From: Hemiscyllium ocellatum
Taxonomy: Eukaryota
Length of the DNA: 64,000 nt
NCBI RefSeq assembly: GCF_020745735.1
Contig: NC_083435.1
Coordinates: 39,581,090 to 39,645,089 of the forward strand
Direction of reading: 5' to 3'
The notes below the pieces were generated by a model. That model searched no databases, was not told the DNA's origin, and worked only from the letters and a program-made list of their open reading frames with translations. Shown piece after piece: positions 13,010 through 24,730 of the stretch (position 1 is the stretch's first letter; each line of letters opens with the position of its first letter). Both the position numbers and the translations under genes were made by a program.

Positions 13010-13262
13010 CCGGACTTGTCTTACCTGCCTATCTTCTTTCCCACCTATCCACTCCACCCTCTCCTCCCTGACCTATCACCTTCATCCCCCTCCCCCACTC
13101 ACCCATTGTACTCTATGCTACTTTCTCCCCACCCCCACCCTCCTCTAGCTTATCTCTCCACCCTTCAGGCTCTCTGCCTTTATTCCCGATGAAGGGCTTT
13201 TGCCCGAAATGTCGATTTTGCTGCACTTTGGATGCTGCCTGAACCGCTGTGCTCTTCCAGCT
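13010..13262 (+). mobile_element. Penelope 3' region with mutated hammerhead, truncated by a SINE
   Basis: Pyrimidine-rich tract resembling the reverse complement of 61670-61810; attcccgatgaagggcttttgcccgaaatgtcga. Confidence 0.75.
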
Positions 13263-13263
13263 T

Positions 13264-13583
13264 GTGGGCGGCACGGTGGTACAGTGGTTAGCACTGCTGC
13301 CTCACAGCGCCTGTAGACCCGGGTTCAATTCCCGACTCAGGCGACTGACTGTGTGGAGTTTGCACGTTCTCCCCGTGTCTGCGTGGGTTTCCTCCGGGTG
13401 CTCCGGTTTCCTCCCACAGTCACAAAGATGTGTGGGTCAGGTGAATTGGCCAAGCTAAATTGCCCGTAGTGTTAGGTAAGGGGTAAATGTAGGGGTATAG
13501 GTGGGTTGCGCTTCGGCGGGTCGGTGTGGACTTGTTGGGCCGAAGGGCCTGTTTCCACACTGTAAGTCTAATCTAATCTAATC
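13264..13583 (+). mobile_element. HE1-type tRNA-derived SINE
   Basis: ggcggcacggtgg..cagtggttagcactgctgcctcacagcgcc, B-box ggttcaattcc, CR1-derived tail gggccgaagggcctgtttcc and (taatc)n. Confidence 0.92.
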
Positions 13584-13639
13584 CAGCTGTTCCAGTCATG
13601 TCTATCTACTGGTTTGATAATACAAACATGGAAAAACAA

Positions 13640-14815
13640 GAAAGATAGAAACAAGTAATAGGAGCAGACCATTTGGCCTATCAAGTCCAATCTGCTATTC
13701 AACATGATGCTGACTGATCATTCTGTCTCAATGCCGTACTCCCCGCACCCCCCCCCCATACTCTTTGACACATTTAATCTCTACAAATCCGTCCATTTGT
13801 TTCTTAAATATATTTATTGTTAAGGCCTGCAAAGCATTTTGTGACAGAAAATTCCACAGGTTTGCCACCCTCTGAGTGAAGAATGTTTCATCATCTCAGT
13901 CTAAACTGACCTACCCTACATCCTGAGACTGTAGTGGAGTCTCCAACCATCAGCCCTGCATCAAATATATCCAGCCCAGTCCGAGTTTTATATGTTTCAG
14001 TGAGGTCCTGTCTTCTAAACTCCAATGAATACAGGCCCAGCTGATCCAAACTTTCCGAATATGACAAACCTGCCATTCTAGGAATCAGCCTGGTGAACCT
14101 TTGCTATATTCATTCGATGGCAAGTATATCTTTTCTGTTTCTCTTAGCAAAGTGGACAGCTTCACAGTTATCCACATTACACTCCATCTGTCATATATTT
14201 TCCCATTCATTCAATGAGGTTAAATCACCCTGAATCCACTTTACATCTTCCTCACCACTGACTATCCCAATTAATTTCATGCCATCAACAAACTTGGAAA
14301 TAGTACATCTAAATACCTCATCAAAATTATTAATATATATGGTCATTGTAGCAATGCATGCATTCACTCCTTAAATATTAACCATTGCCTATTCACTGTC
14401 ATGAATTTCAATGGAATCATCCAGTTAATTGCAGACAACACACTTATATTGTTGTAGTTTCTTTTGTTCAGATTTAGGAGCCTAGTTTTAGATTGGACTA
14501 CTTCAGTTTCTATCCATATGAGAAATTCTGTCACTTGAACAAGAAATTAACTCTTCCTCAGTGTACAAAACTAGATCTAGGATTGTCTGTCATGAGTTGG
14601 TTCCTCAAAGTACTTGTCTGAAAAAATTTTTGTACACACTCTCAGAATTTACTGAACATAATATTGTTTATGAATGTGGTTTGCCCAGTCTATACACAGA
14701 TTAAGGTCACCCATGAATATTGTAGCATCCTTCCTGTGAGTGTCTCTAATTTTGTGTAGAAATCCATCCTCTGCCTCATCACTACTGTTTGGAGGCTTAT
14801 AGACAGCTTCCTTGA
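13640..14815 (-). mobile_element. Old CR1 LINE fragments
   Basis: AGLSYSESLDQLGLYSLEFRR; APE-like YKPPNSS..IFMGDLNLCIDW. Confidence 0.75.
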
Positions 14816-15436
14816 ATTTTCTTTGTCCCTTCATGCAATGAGGCCTGTGAGATTTGGGGGGAAAGTAATCCTGATGCTGCTGATGCCTCACTGTGCCTCT
14901 CAGACATCCAGTTTTGGGATCTGTCCTGAGCCTACTTCCTTCGTGATGATGAACATGGCGAAGGACTCATTTATCATTTGGGAGGGGATTGGTAGTTTTC
15001 CTTGAATTTGTTTGACCTGAAGGCATTAGACTTTATGGAACCAATATGAAAGACCTTCCTGTCCTGCCAGTGGAATGGACAATCCCACGGATGGAGACAA
15101 AGGAGTCTGGGATGTTTTCAGATTGATACCATTCAGTCATTTAGCTCCTAGTGATTGAGAACCCATTTCAAACTCCACCCAGAAGGTGTTTATCTTTTCC
15201 AATGTCCTTGCAATGCCTGAGAAGATGGTCTGGGGAAGGAAAGAAAGCAGCCATACTGTCTGCTCCTAGGTGTGACAGTCAAGTGAAAACAAAATCAATT
15301 TGTGTCTGATTTCCCCAAACAGGGGAATAGCAGACTGGCACTCACTGTGGAACAGTCTCTCACCCATGAGTCAGTCTCCTTAGCAATGGAGGAGAGGGAG
15401 TTGGAGGAACTCATGTTTCCTTTTCCTGTTTTACAG

Positions 15437-15902
15437 AAGGATTGCACCGCACTACATCAGAAAGGATAGACACTGCAGGTAGATCCTGAACATCACCCAA
15501 GGAATGACTGCACAACCGTGGGAAGACATCCAGTCCCTTCCCAGCATTGCTCAACACATAGAAGGTTGGGCAGTGAAGCCATCGTCTGGAAATTGGTTGG
15601 GACAGAGGAGCTTTGACATACCATCAGATCTGAAACTGGTCAGTGGTGTGGAGCCTTCCGTCAGAACCAACCTTTCTGAAGGTTCGGCTGTGGGTGATCG
15701 GTCAGGGTGAGGCCGGGAAGAAGTGTCAGTGGCTCCAAGTGTGGTGAGAGCTTCAATCATTCATCAAGCCTCATGAACCACTGACTCATTCCTACAGGGG
15801 AGTGGCTGTTCAAGTAGGGAGAGGGCTCCACAGGCACATAACATTTCCAAATACGAAAGGTGCATTTGATGTATTACTGTTTAAAAAAAAAAGGACAGGT
15901 TC
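15437..15902 (+). other. 5' leader portion of ZNF-2 terminal exon
   Basis: Acceptor ttttcctgttttacag|aag; homologous to 28572-29005, 40466-40931 and 50589-51153. Confidence 0.7.
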
Positions 15903-16670
15903 ATGGAAGAGAAACAATTCAAGTGTGAGGTCTGCAAGCGAGCTTTTGCAAAGTCATCAACACTGGTGAATCATCGACGCATTCACACTGGGGAGAAGCC
16001 TTACAAATGTGAGGTTTGTGACAAGGCCTTTGCACAGTTATCAGCCCTAGTGAATCACCGGCGCACTCACACGAGGGAGAAACCATTCACGTGTGAGGTG
16101 TGTAACAATTCATTCTCAGAGTCATCGACTCTTCGCAAACACCAACGCGTTCACACAGGGGAGAGACCTTTCGTGTGTGAAGTGTGCGACAAATCATTCT
16201 CACAGTCATCGACCCTTCATAGGCACCAACGCATTCACACAGGGGAGAAACCGTTCATATGTGAGGTGTGTGACAAATCATTCTCAAATTCCTCACATCT
16301 CCGCAGACACCAACCCGTACACACAGGTGACAAGCCGTTCACATGCAATGTGTGTGACAAATCCTTCTCAGATTCATCAAGTGTCCTACTCCATCAGAGG
16401 ATTCACACAGGGGAGAAACCGTTTACATGTGATGTGTGTGACAAATCATTCTCAGTTGTATCTTCCCTTTGTAAGCACCAACGCATTCACACAGGAGAAA
16501 AGCCTTTCACGTGTGAGGTATGCAACAGGTCATTCTCAGTGTTATCAAACTTCCGCAGGCACCAGCGCATTCACACAGGGGAGAAACCGTTCACCTGTGA
16601 GGTTTGTGACAAATCCTTTTCAGTGTCGTGGAATCTCCTGCTCCATCAAAGGAATCACACAAGGGAGTAA
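15903..16670 (+). CDS. C2H2 zinc-finger protein ZNF-2 (9 fingers, 255 aa, no effector domain)
   Basis: MEEKQFKCEVC... nine canonical fingers with TGEKPF linkers. Confidence 0.95.
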   Translation: MEEKQFKCEVCKRAFAKSSTLVNHRRIHTGEKPYKCEVCDKAFAQLSALVNHRRTHTREKPFTCEVCNNSFSESSTLRKHQRVHTGERPFVCEVCDKSFSQSSTLHRHQRIHTGEKPFICEVCDKSFSNSSHLRRHQPVHTGDKPFTCNVCDKSFSDSSSVLLHQRIHTGEKPFTCDVCDKSFSVVSSLCKHQRIHTGEKPFTCEVCNRSFSVLSNFRRHQRIHTGEKPFTCEVCDKSFSVSWNLLLHQRNHTRE

Positions 16671-16999
16671 TCCTTCATATGTGAGATTGCGGAGAACTTT
16701 TCAGGGTCTTTTGGGATGCACCAGGATTCAAACAGATTGATGTTTGTGACAAGGCTTTCACAGAGTCAGTGAAGCTCCTGGTCCATCAATGTATTTACAT
16801 TGGGAGGAATCCTATCAGTGGGAGTTCTGTTATAAAGCCATCCTATAAAATGTTGGACTTCCTGGATCATCAGCAAACCCACACAGGAACTACCCAACCA
16901 GGCTCTGAGCTGGTTTTCACTCGGTCATAGCACTGCAACAGACTTGGAGCACCCCCCATGCAGTGAGACCAACCCATTGTGATTTGTGATATTACAGAC

Positions 17000-17735
17000 T
17001 TCAGAACTTTAATAACTGTTCATGGACTGAGTGAATCAACAACGATAAACAGTTACACACAGAAAGCAGCAGCAATAGCTGTCTGAAGTAAACTGTTAAG
17101 GGACAAGCTGAGGTTAAAGGCAATCAACAACGTCTGGGAAAATAAGGAGTCGAGATTACGTAAACAAAACAGCTCGGATACCTGCTTGGTAGCTGGATGC
17201 CTCATGCCACAAGGATGAATGGCTGATCTGTTGAAGAATTTAAGGAGTAATTCCAAGACAGGATGTGTCTTTCAGCAAACAGTTAAGGCCAAATGTAACA
17301 AGGAACAAAGGAGTTACTTCTGGTAAGGAAGCCAGCTGCAGTCTCAGAGACTCTAAATGAGTAATCAATATTTTCAATAAAAGGATTCTAAAAAATCATC
17401 AATTATATTAAATCATGGACCTGAAAGACATAAAAAAGTTATTTTAGAATCGAACACCAGAACTCTGGAGAACAACATTGCATAAGGATCAAACCAAGGA
17501 CACACGCAGAGCAAGACACTGTATGTGGAATCAAGGCCAGCCTTAATTGGGTAATAGCCAAGTTGGGTTGTGAGGCTTAACTTGCTCATTCGAGGAGTCT
17601 TATTTTAGTTGCTAAATTCAATAAATTTTCAATCACTGTTTCAGTACTTGGTTGTATGTGAGATTTCTTAACAAGTAGCTGAACTAAAATAGCTTGTCGT
17701 GATTGTCCACAACAAATTAGCGTCCCTGGGTGGTC
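17000..17735 (+). mobile_element. Probable 5' LTR ending ..ccacaaca (17714) followed by a tRNA-Asn-like primer-binding site (17718-17735); 5' boundary uncertain
   Basis: tagcgtccctgggtggtc is 16/18 identical to TGGCGTCCCTGGGTGGGC (complement of the vertebrate tRNA-Asn 3' end); AATAAA upstream. Confidence 0.6.
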
Positions 17736-17954
17736 TTTGATAAGGAATGACTTTAAGTTGCTCCGAAGTTGAACCTACTAGCCTTGTATTCTCAGAAATC
17801 CTGCCTGAGCCTGATTTAAGAGGCAGCTGCCCATTGTATGGCCGGGATTCAAGTGGGTGGATAAGAATAGAGGCACAAATTTTCAGATTTCCAATGCCAA
17901 ATACAAAATGAACTTAGCTTTGAAATCATGGCAGAGAATCGATCTGAATGGAGG

Positions 17955-18250
17955 GGCGGCACAGTGGCTCAGTGGTTAGCACTGCTGCCTCATAGCACCA
18001 GGGATCTGGGTTCGGTTCCAGCCTCAGATGACTGTCTGTGTGGAGTTTGCACATTCTCCCTGTATATGCATGTTTCTCTGGGTGCTCTGGTTTCCTCCCA
18101 TAATCCAAAGGTGTGCTGTTGGGTGAATTGGTCATGTTAATTTGCCCATAGTATTCAGGGATGTGTATATTAGGTGCATTAATAGGATAGTGCACTGGGG
18201 GGATGGGTTACTCTTGTTGGGCCGAAGGGCCTGTTTCCACACTGTAGCGA
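17955..18250 (+). mobile_element. HE1-type SINE
   Basis: ggcggcacagtggctcagtggttagcactgctgcctc head and gggccgaagggcctgtttcc tail. Confidence 0.88.
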
Positions 18251-19670
18251 TTCTGTGATGACAGAGAGCTTGGTTAAGGTATATTTGAATAAGGAATTGC
18301 TGAAGTGGACAGAGTATTGGAAAGCTTATGATGCTATGAGTCCCAAGGTATTGGATCATTGACAGTCAGTTAGGAAGTCTGTGGGAAGGAATTTGTTGTT
18401 TATTCGCAGAAACTTGATACATGACACGGGTGTTAAAGTGGAGAAATGCTGAGATAAGTGAGTCAAAGTCAGAAATTGCAGAAAGTTGATGCCTTAGAGG
18501 CTGTCAGGCAGAAAAGGACTGTTTCCCAGTTGTAAAACACGGTATTCAAGGGAAAGGTTAAATCCTGAGAGATTGCTAATCAAGTGAAAGTAATTTACCT
18601 CTCAATTATCAATGTCAGTTTAAGACAGCAAACAGAAATACTGAGAAGGCACATAGGCAGGTACAGGAGTCAAAAATTAAGACTAAAGAACTGGAAAGTA
18701 AATGTAAACAACTCCAGGCAACACTTACAAAGTATTGCATCAAGCACAACCTCAGCAACTAGTGCAGAGTGCTGCTCATTCTAAATACCAACAAGCAACT
18801 GGAGTTTCCCGTCAGAGAGGGTTTCCCTACACTTTAGGACCCAGCCAAACATTAGGGAATGGAAAGAGGATTGGTTGAGAGTGAAGTTATATACTATTCA
18901 GAGTAGAGCAGGGAATACAATTATAATCGCATTCAGTCTGCCCCTCTGCCACACTGTATCTCCCTGTACCAACTATATCATCCAAGTCACTGCCCCTGCC
19001 CACTGTGCCCTAAGGCATCTCAGCCTTTGGGGCAGGAAGTTAAGAAGGAGTCTGTCAATCCTTTCGGGATCAGAGGGTAAACTGAAGCGCTAAAGTAGCC
19101 TTCTCTGGTAAATCCAATCAATCCCATTCGAAAAGTCTGAATAGGATTTCAGGATGGGAATATTCAGGACAATACCTCTTATTCTGTCACACAATTACAA
19201 GATAATGCTCGGAGCATACCTACTCTTTCACCAGGCAATGACCCTGTTTACTGCCTCTCATGATCTGAGAAGGTTACACAGCTCGATAAAACAGAGGAGG
19301 GGAGACTTCCACTTGTCTGCTCAGTGATTCAATACGAGATGCACTTCCTGATCCACAAAGCATGGCAGGGGGAAAGAATCCCTGGCTGACACGGAGAAGA
19401 CAATCTTGATACCAATAGATTATAGTGGAAGGGATAAAATAGAGAGGACACTGTAGATGGACTGAAAGGTAGACAAAGGAAAGAACATTCAATGGCGTTT
19501 GCCTCTCATCTCTGAAATTAGTTTATTACTGGATTTGGGACTCAGCAGGGAAATAATCTTGATGACAGACAGCGCAGCTTTGATTGTGAACTTTAATAGA
19601 ACATTCCACTGAGGCATCTGGGAAAGCTTGTAAAGCCTTTGACCATGAGGAGAAATCATACTCGGATGTG

Positions 19671-19960
19671 TGGGCGGTACAGTGGCTCAGTGGTTAGCAC
19701 TGCTGCCTCAAAATGCCAGGCACCCGGTTTCGATTCCACCCTCGGGCAACTGTCTGTGTGCAGTTTGCATGTTCTCCCCAGTTCCCTCCGGGTGCTCTGG
19801 TTTCCTCGCACAGTCACAAAGATGTGCAAGTTGGGTGGATTGGCCGTGCTAAATTGTCCATAATGTTCATGGATGTGCAGGCTAGATGAGTTAGCCATGG
19901 GAAATGCAGTGTTATAGGGTAGGGGGATGAGTCTGAGTGGGATGCTGTCGGAGGGTTGGT
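19671..19960 (+). mobile_element. HE1-type SINE (older subfamily)
   Basis: Same tRNA head and core. Confidence 0.85.
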
Positions 19961-19972
19961 GAGGATCTATAT

Positions 19973-20207
19973 GTAGATCAGAGTGGTGCTGGAAAAGCAC
20001 AGCAGGTCAGGCAGCATCCGAGGAACAGGAAAAATCGAAGCTTCAGGCAAAAGCCCTTCTTCAGGAATACAGCTATATTCCTGATGAAGGGCTTTTGCCT
20101 GAAATGTCGATTTTCCTGCTCCTCGGATGCTGCCTGACCTGCTGTGCTTTTCCAGCACCACTCTAATCTAGACTCTGGTTTCCAGCAGCTGCAGTCCTTG
20201 TTTTTAC
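19973..20207. mobile_element. Palindromic Penelope-derived mini-element with two hammerhead-like arms
   Basis: ~100-bp inverted arms around ggaatacagctatattcc; attcctgatgaagggcttttgcctgaaatgtcga at 20077-20112; imperfect TSD gaggatct(a/g)tat. Confidence 0.85.
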
Positions 20208-20369
20208 TGAGAGGATCTGTATCTGTCTGGGTTCTGCAGCATGATCATTCCCGAGCCTTTCAGCACAGTCACATTTGACCAAGGCTTGTTTCCATTTCCT
20301 AGCCAGCCTCATTTATTGTCCCTTTTTTTTCATAATTCCATTATTTTGAGCAGCCCCTCTGGCCACACT

Positions 20370-21300
20370 TTAATGTCAGTATCAATTTGCGTTTATCTTT
20401 CAAGGATAACAATATACTTGGACCTCAAGGTTTTCCACAAGGGTTCCATAATTCCCTGTCCATATTCCATTAAAGATTACCAAAGGGTTTTTCCAACCCC
20501 AACTGTCTAGTACAGTATGTAGATGATTTGCTGCAACACATCAAACAGGAATACCTGGTCCTACCACATGAGCTTTTACCTCTGCTCACAGATGTGGGGG
20601 TGAAGGTTAACCCTAAGAAAGTGCAGATCTTGAAGCAGAAAGTTTCTTTTTTTGGAAATGGTGATGACACCTGATAAACTGGAAATAGATACGAAATGGA
20701 TTGATGTATCTGTAATCAGTCTTTACCTGAAGGTGTGGTGTTTTGAGGTCGTTCTTAGGATGAGTGGGGTGCTGTAGAAATCATGCTGATGGCTTTGCTA
20801 CTAAAATACCACCACTGGCAGATTTACTAAAGAAGCACAGTCCTTAGCACTGCTGCCTCACATCACAAGGGTCCCAGGTTCGATTCCAGCCTCGGGCGAC
20901 TGTCTGTGTGGAGTTTGCACATTCTCCCCGTGTCTGCATGGGTTTCCTCTGGGTGCTCCGGTTTCCTCCCACAGTCCAAGGATGTGCAGGCTAGGTGAAT
21001 TGACCATTCTAAATTGTCAATAGTGCTAGGGCATTAGTCAGAGGGAAATGGGTCTGGATGGGTTACTCTTCGGAGGGTCGATGTGGACTGGTTGGGCCGA
21101 AGGGACTGTTTCCACACTGTAGGGAATCTAATCTAATCTAATCTCTGTGGGAATGGACAGAACAACATACACAAACAATCAGTGAATTGAAACAAGTGTT
21201 TATTCAAGCCACAGCACTCCGAGCTACCCTTTGGAGTTGAAGTAGCAGTCACCACACTAGTAGCTGTACTGTTAGAAAACAGACATGAACATTTAGGTCC
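20370..21300 (+). mobile_element. Decayed retrovirus-like pol (RT and connection), interrupted by a SINE
   Basis: QYQFAFIFQG*QYTWT, FPQGFHNSLSIFH, CLVQYVDDLL (YVDD 20516-20527), GVKVNPKKVQ, LRSFLG*VGCCR, WEWTEQH. Confidence 0.8.
20844..21143 (+). mobile_element. HE1-type SINE, 5'-truncated, inserted in the pol relic
   Basis: ttagcactgctgcctcac...(taatc)n. Confidence 0.88.
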
Positions 21301-21429
21301 TGTCTCTGACACCTCCAGGCTATTACAATTAGTGGAACCAGTTCTCGTGTTCCATTAAAAAGCATTTGCTTGCTTTTAGGACAAACAAGACAGAGTGTTT
21401 CAAGTACACTGGACAAACAAATGACAATG

Positions 21430-22260
21430 AGAAAAGGAACAGTTAATACAGGACTGAAGGTGTTATATCTGAATGCACACAGTATGGGAAATAAGGTAAA
21501 GGAGCTTGTGGTACAGATTAAAATTGATGGGTACGATGTGGTGGGCGTCACACAGACGTGGCTGCAAGGGGATCAGGATTGGGAGCTGAATATTCAAGGA
21601 TATACATCCTATCAAAGATGGGCAGAGGGGATGGGATTGCTTTATTAGTAAGAAATGAAATTAATAGTAAGAAACTAAGTAGGGTCAGATGGTGTCGAAT
21701 CTGTGTGGGTAGAATTGAGGAACTGCAATGTTAAAAAAAAAGTTGGAGTTCTGTACAGGTCTCCAAACAGTAGTCAGGAGCTGGGGTGCAAGATACACCA
21801 GGAGGTAGAAAAGATGTGTAGGAAAGGCAAAGTTACAGTGATCATGGAGGAATTCAATGTGCAGATTGGTAGTGGATTGAAAGTAAAGGAATTTGTGGAA
21901 TGTCTACGAGATGGCCTTTCGGAGCAGCTTGTAGTGATGTCCACCAGGGAACAGGCAATCCTGGATTTAGTATTGTACAATGAAGCAGACTTGATAATGG
22001 AGCTGAAGGTGAAGGAACCCTAAGGAGGCAGTGATTGTAATATGATTGAATTGACTCTGCAATTTGAGAGGGAGAACATAGAATCAGGTAACAGTATTAC
22101 CGCTAAATAAAGTCAACTACAGAGGCATGAGGGCAGAGCTGGTTAGAATTGACTGGGCGAGGAGCCTAGCCAGAAAGACAGTGGAACAGCAATGGCAGGA
22201 ATTTCTGGACGGAAATCAGGAGACACAGCAGAGATTCATCCTGAGGGAAAAGAAGCATGG
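21430..22260 (+). mobile_element. CR1 LINE endonuclease fragment
   Basis: LYLNAHSMGNK, YDVVGVTQTWL, VWVELRN, YRSPNSS, AILDLVL. Confidence 0.88.
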
Positions 22261-22559
22261 TGAGAATGTGTATAGGGTATAAGCAGGCAGGGAAAGAGTT
22301 AAGTTCTGAGTTTTGTGAAACCAGAGGTTCAGCTGAGCATGACTCAGATCAGATAAGAACTTATAGTTAACAATGGGGTGCTGAAGGCAAGAGTAATGGG
22401 TTAACAAAGTGGAAAAGCATTCATTATGTAGAACCATTTACAAGATGAGGTCGCATTCAATATGTAACATCAGTTAACAAGGTGAAAACTATTCACAATG
22501 TGAAGCCAGTTAACAAGGTTAAGAACATTCATTGTTTAACAGCAGATGGCTTAATCTTT

Positions 22560-24730
22560 ACTGTTGACACTCACTGATTGTAACGGTCACCCAATTAATT
22601 TGTACAACACCTAGGACATTGGTAGTGGGGGATTCAATAATGGCAACACTATCAACTTTCATAGACAGTAGATAATAGGTGCAGGAGTAGGCCATTCTGC
22701 CCTTCGAATGACAGCAAGTGATAGAGCTAAGCAATTCCACAATCAATGGATCAGATAAGCTATGCAGTCCTGTCATGAGGCGGTAGTTAAATTGTTTCTT
22801 ATTGGTGAAGGTCATTGCCTGGCCTTTTTGTGGTGCAAATGCTACTGCCACTTTTCAGTCCAAGCCTGGATATTGTCCAGATCTTGCTGCATTAGGACCT
22901 GGACTGCTTCAGGTTCTGAAGAGTTATGAATGGGACTGAACATTGTGTAACCAGTGGCAAAGATCTCCACCTCTGACCTTAGGATGGAGGGAAGGTCATT
23001 GATGAAGCTGAGAATGGTTGAGCCTTGGACATTAACTTAAGGAACTGCTGCAGTCATGGACAAGTGGACTGAAGGGTATGTTTCTGTGCTGTACATCTCT
23101 ATGACTCTTAAGATAATTGATCTCCAACAACCACAACCATCTTCCTATGTGTCAATTATGACTCTAACCAGTGGAGAGTTTGCCCCTGCTTTCCATTGAC
23201 TCCAATTTTGCTGGGGCTCCTCAATGCCATAGTCAATAGAATATGGCCGTGATGTTAAGGGCTGTCACTCTCACCTCACCTCTTAAATTCCACTTTTTTT
23301 GTCTATGTTTGAAGCAAGGATGTAATGAGGTCAGGAGCTGAATGGCCCTGAGTGGCAGAACCCAAACTAGGCATCACTGAGCAGGTTATTGCTGAATAAG
23401 TACTACTTGATAGCCCTTGAGGACCCCTTCCACCACTTTACTGATGATCAAGGGTAGACCAATGTGGCAGTAACTGGCCCAGTTGGATACATTCTGCTTT
23501 TTATGTAGAGGACATAACTGGGCAATTTTCCATGTTGCCAGGTAATTACCAGTGTTATAATTATACTGGAACAGCTTGGCTAGGTTTGCAACTAGTTCTG
23601 CAGCACAAGTCTTTTATACTATGGCTGGAATGTTATGTGGGCCCATAATCTTTGCTGTATCCAGTGCCTCTGACCACTTTTTTCTTTGTAGATATTTTTA
23701 TTGAAATTTAACATTTTTGCAAATTTACAAAAATAAACAAAACTCTCAAATACAAACATTGATGTACAATTAAATCATATATACAATAGTCATAATTTAA
23801 CAAAGAAAAGAGAAAGAAAGAAAACAAAAAAAGAAAAAAAAAACAAAAAAAAGAAAAAAAAACTCAACTTTCTACTAATCTAACCTATAACTAACCAGAG
23901 TGTATACCTAAGTCTCTTACATGCTCGGAATGTATAAACATCAAATATAATAAAACCCGTATTCGCGCAGGATTCCTCTCCCAAGGGGCCCCGGAGCAGC
24001 CCGGTCTGAAATCTTCACTAAATAAAAGCCCTTGTTAGGATAGCCGAAATATCTGCATTTATATAATACAAAAAGGGCTGCCATATTTTATAAAATAATT
24101 TAGTCTTTCGGTGCACCATATTTGTAAGGAAGTCAAGGGGGATATATTCCATAATTAATCTGTGCCAATTTGAAAGTCCAGGGGGGCCCTCAGCCACCCA
24201 GTTCACCAAAATATTTTTCCTTGCACAGAAAGAGAGAATAGAAAATAGTCTCTTCCCATGCATATCCAGAGATGAGAGGTTCGAAAAGCCCAAAAGGAGA
24301 GATACAGGGTCCACCCTAATTTCCGTTCCTAAAATTTCTGTCAGGGTATTTGCCACTTTAGTCCAGTATCTGCGGATTTTCTGACAACTGACCACTTCTT
24401 GATATCACATAGAATGAATCAAACTAGCTGGAGGCTGGCATCTATGATGATGGGGGCCACTGGAGGAGGCCGAGATGATTCATTGACTTGGCACTTCTGC
24501 TGAAAATTGTTGTGGATGCTCGAGCTTCGTCTTTTGTACTGTGTGGATGGGGATATTTGTGGAGATTTCTCCTTCAGGGAGTTGTGTAATTCACTTTTGG
24601 ACATGACAGGACTGCACAGCTTCTCTGATCCGTCGATTGTGGAATTGGTTAACTCTATCACTTGCCACTTCTGCTGTTTGCCACACATGTAGTCTGCCAC
24701 AATCACCTACTGGATGCCCGGTCTTGAATT
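22560..24730 (-). mobile_element. Old L2/CR1-group LINE (second family), split by an L1 insertion
   Basis: DLDNIQAW..KWQ..FAP.K.QAM motifs; same family as 56190-58620. Confidence 0.7.
23680..24387 (-). mobile_element. L1/Tx1-clade LINE 3' end with A-rich tail
   Basis: C.KI..YW..V...L..ILG...LLLG...ARKNILVNW...F.KIWQPF; 10-bp TSD ctgaccactt at 23670-23679 and 24388-24397. Confidence 0.85.

Noticed and set aside
13264-13340. tRNA genes
   Set aside because: These are tRNA-derived SINE heads continuing into HE1 core and CR1-like tails
15782-15784. Conserved TGA as selenocysteine or read-through codon
   Set aside because: Further stops or frameshifts follow before the main ORF (e.g. TAG 11 codons later in ZNF-2); shared ancestry is sufficient
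16093-16740. Long alternative-frame ORFs over ZNF arrays (also 96-455, 27590-27907, 41260-41640, 51638-52003)
   Set aside because: Expected shadow of repetitive finger codons (TQGRNHS pattern); mostly non-ATG starts and inconsistent lengths
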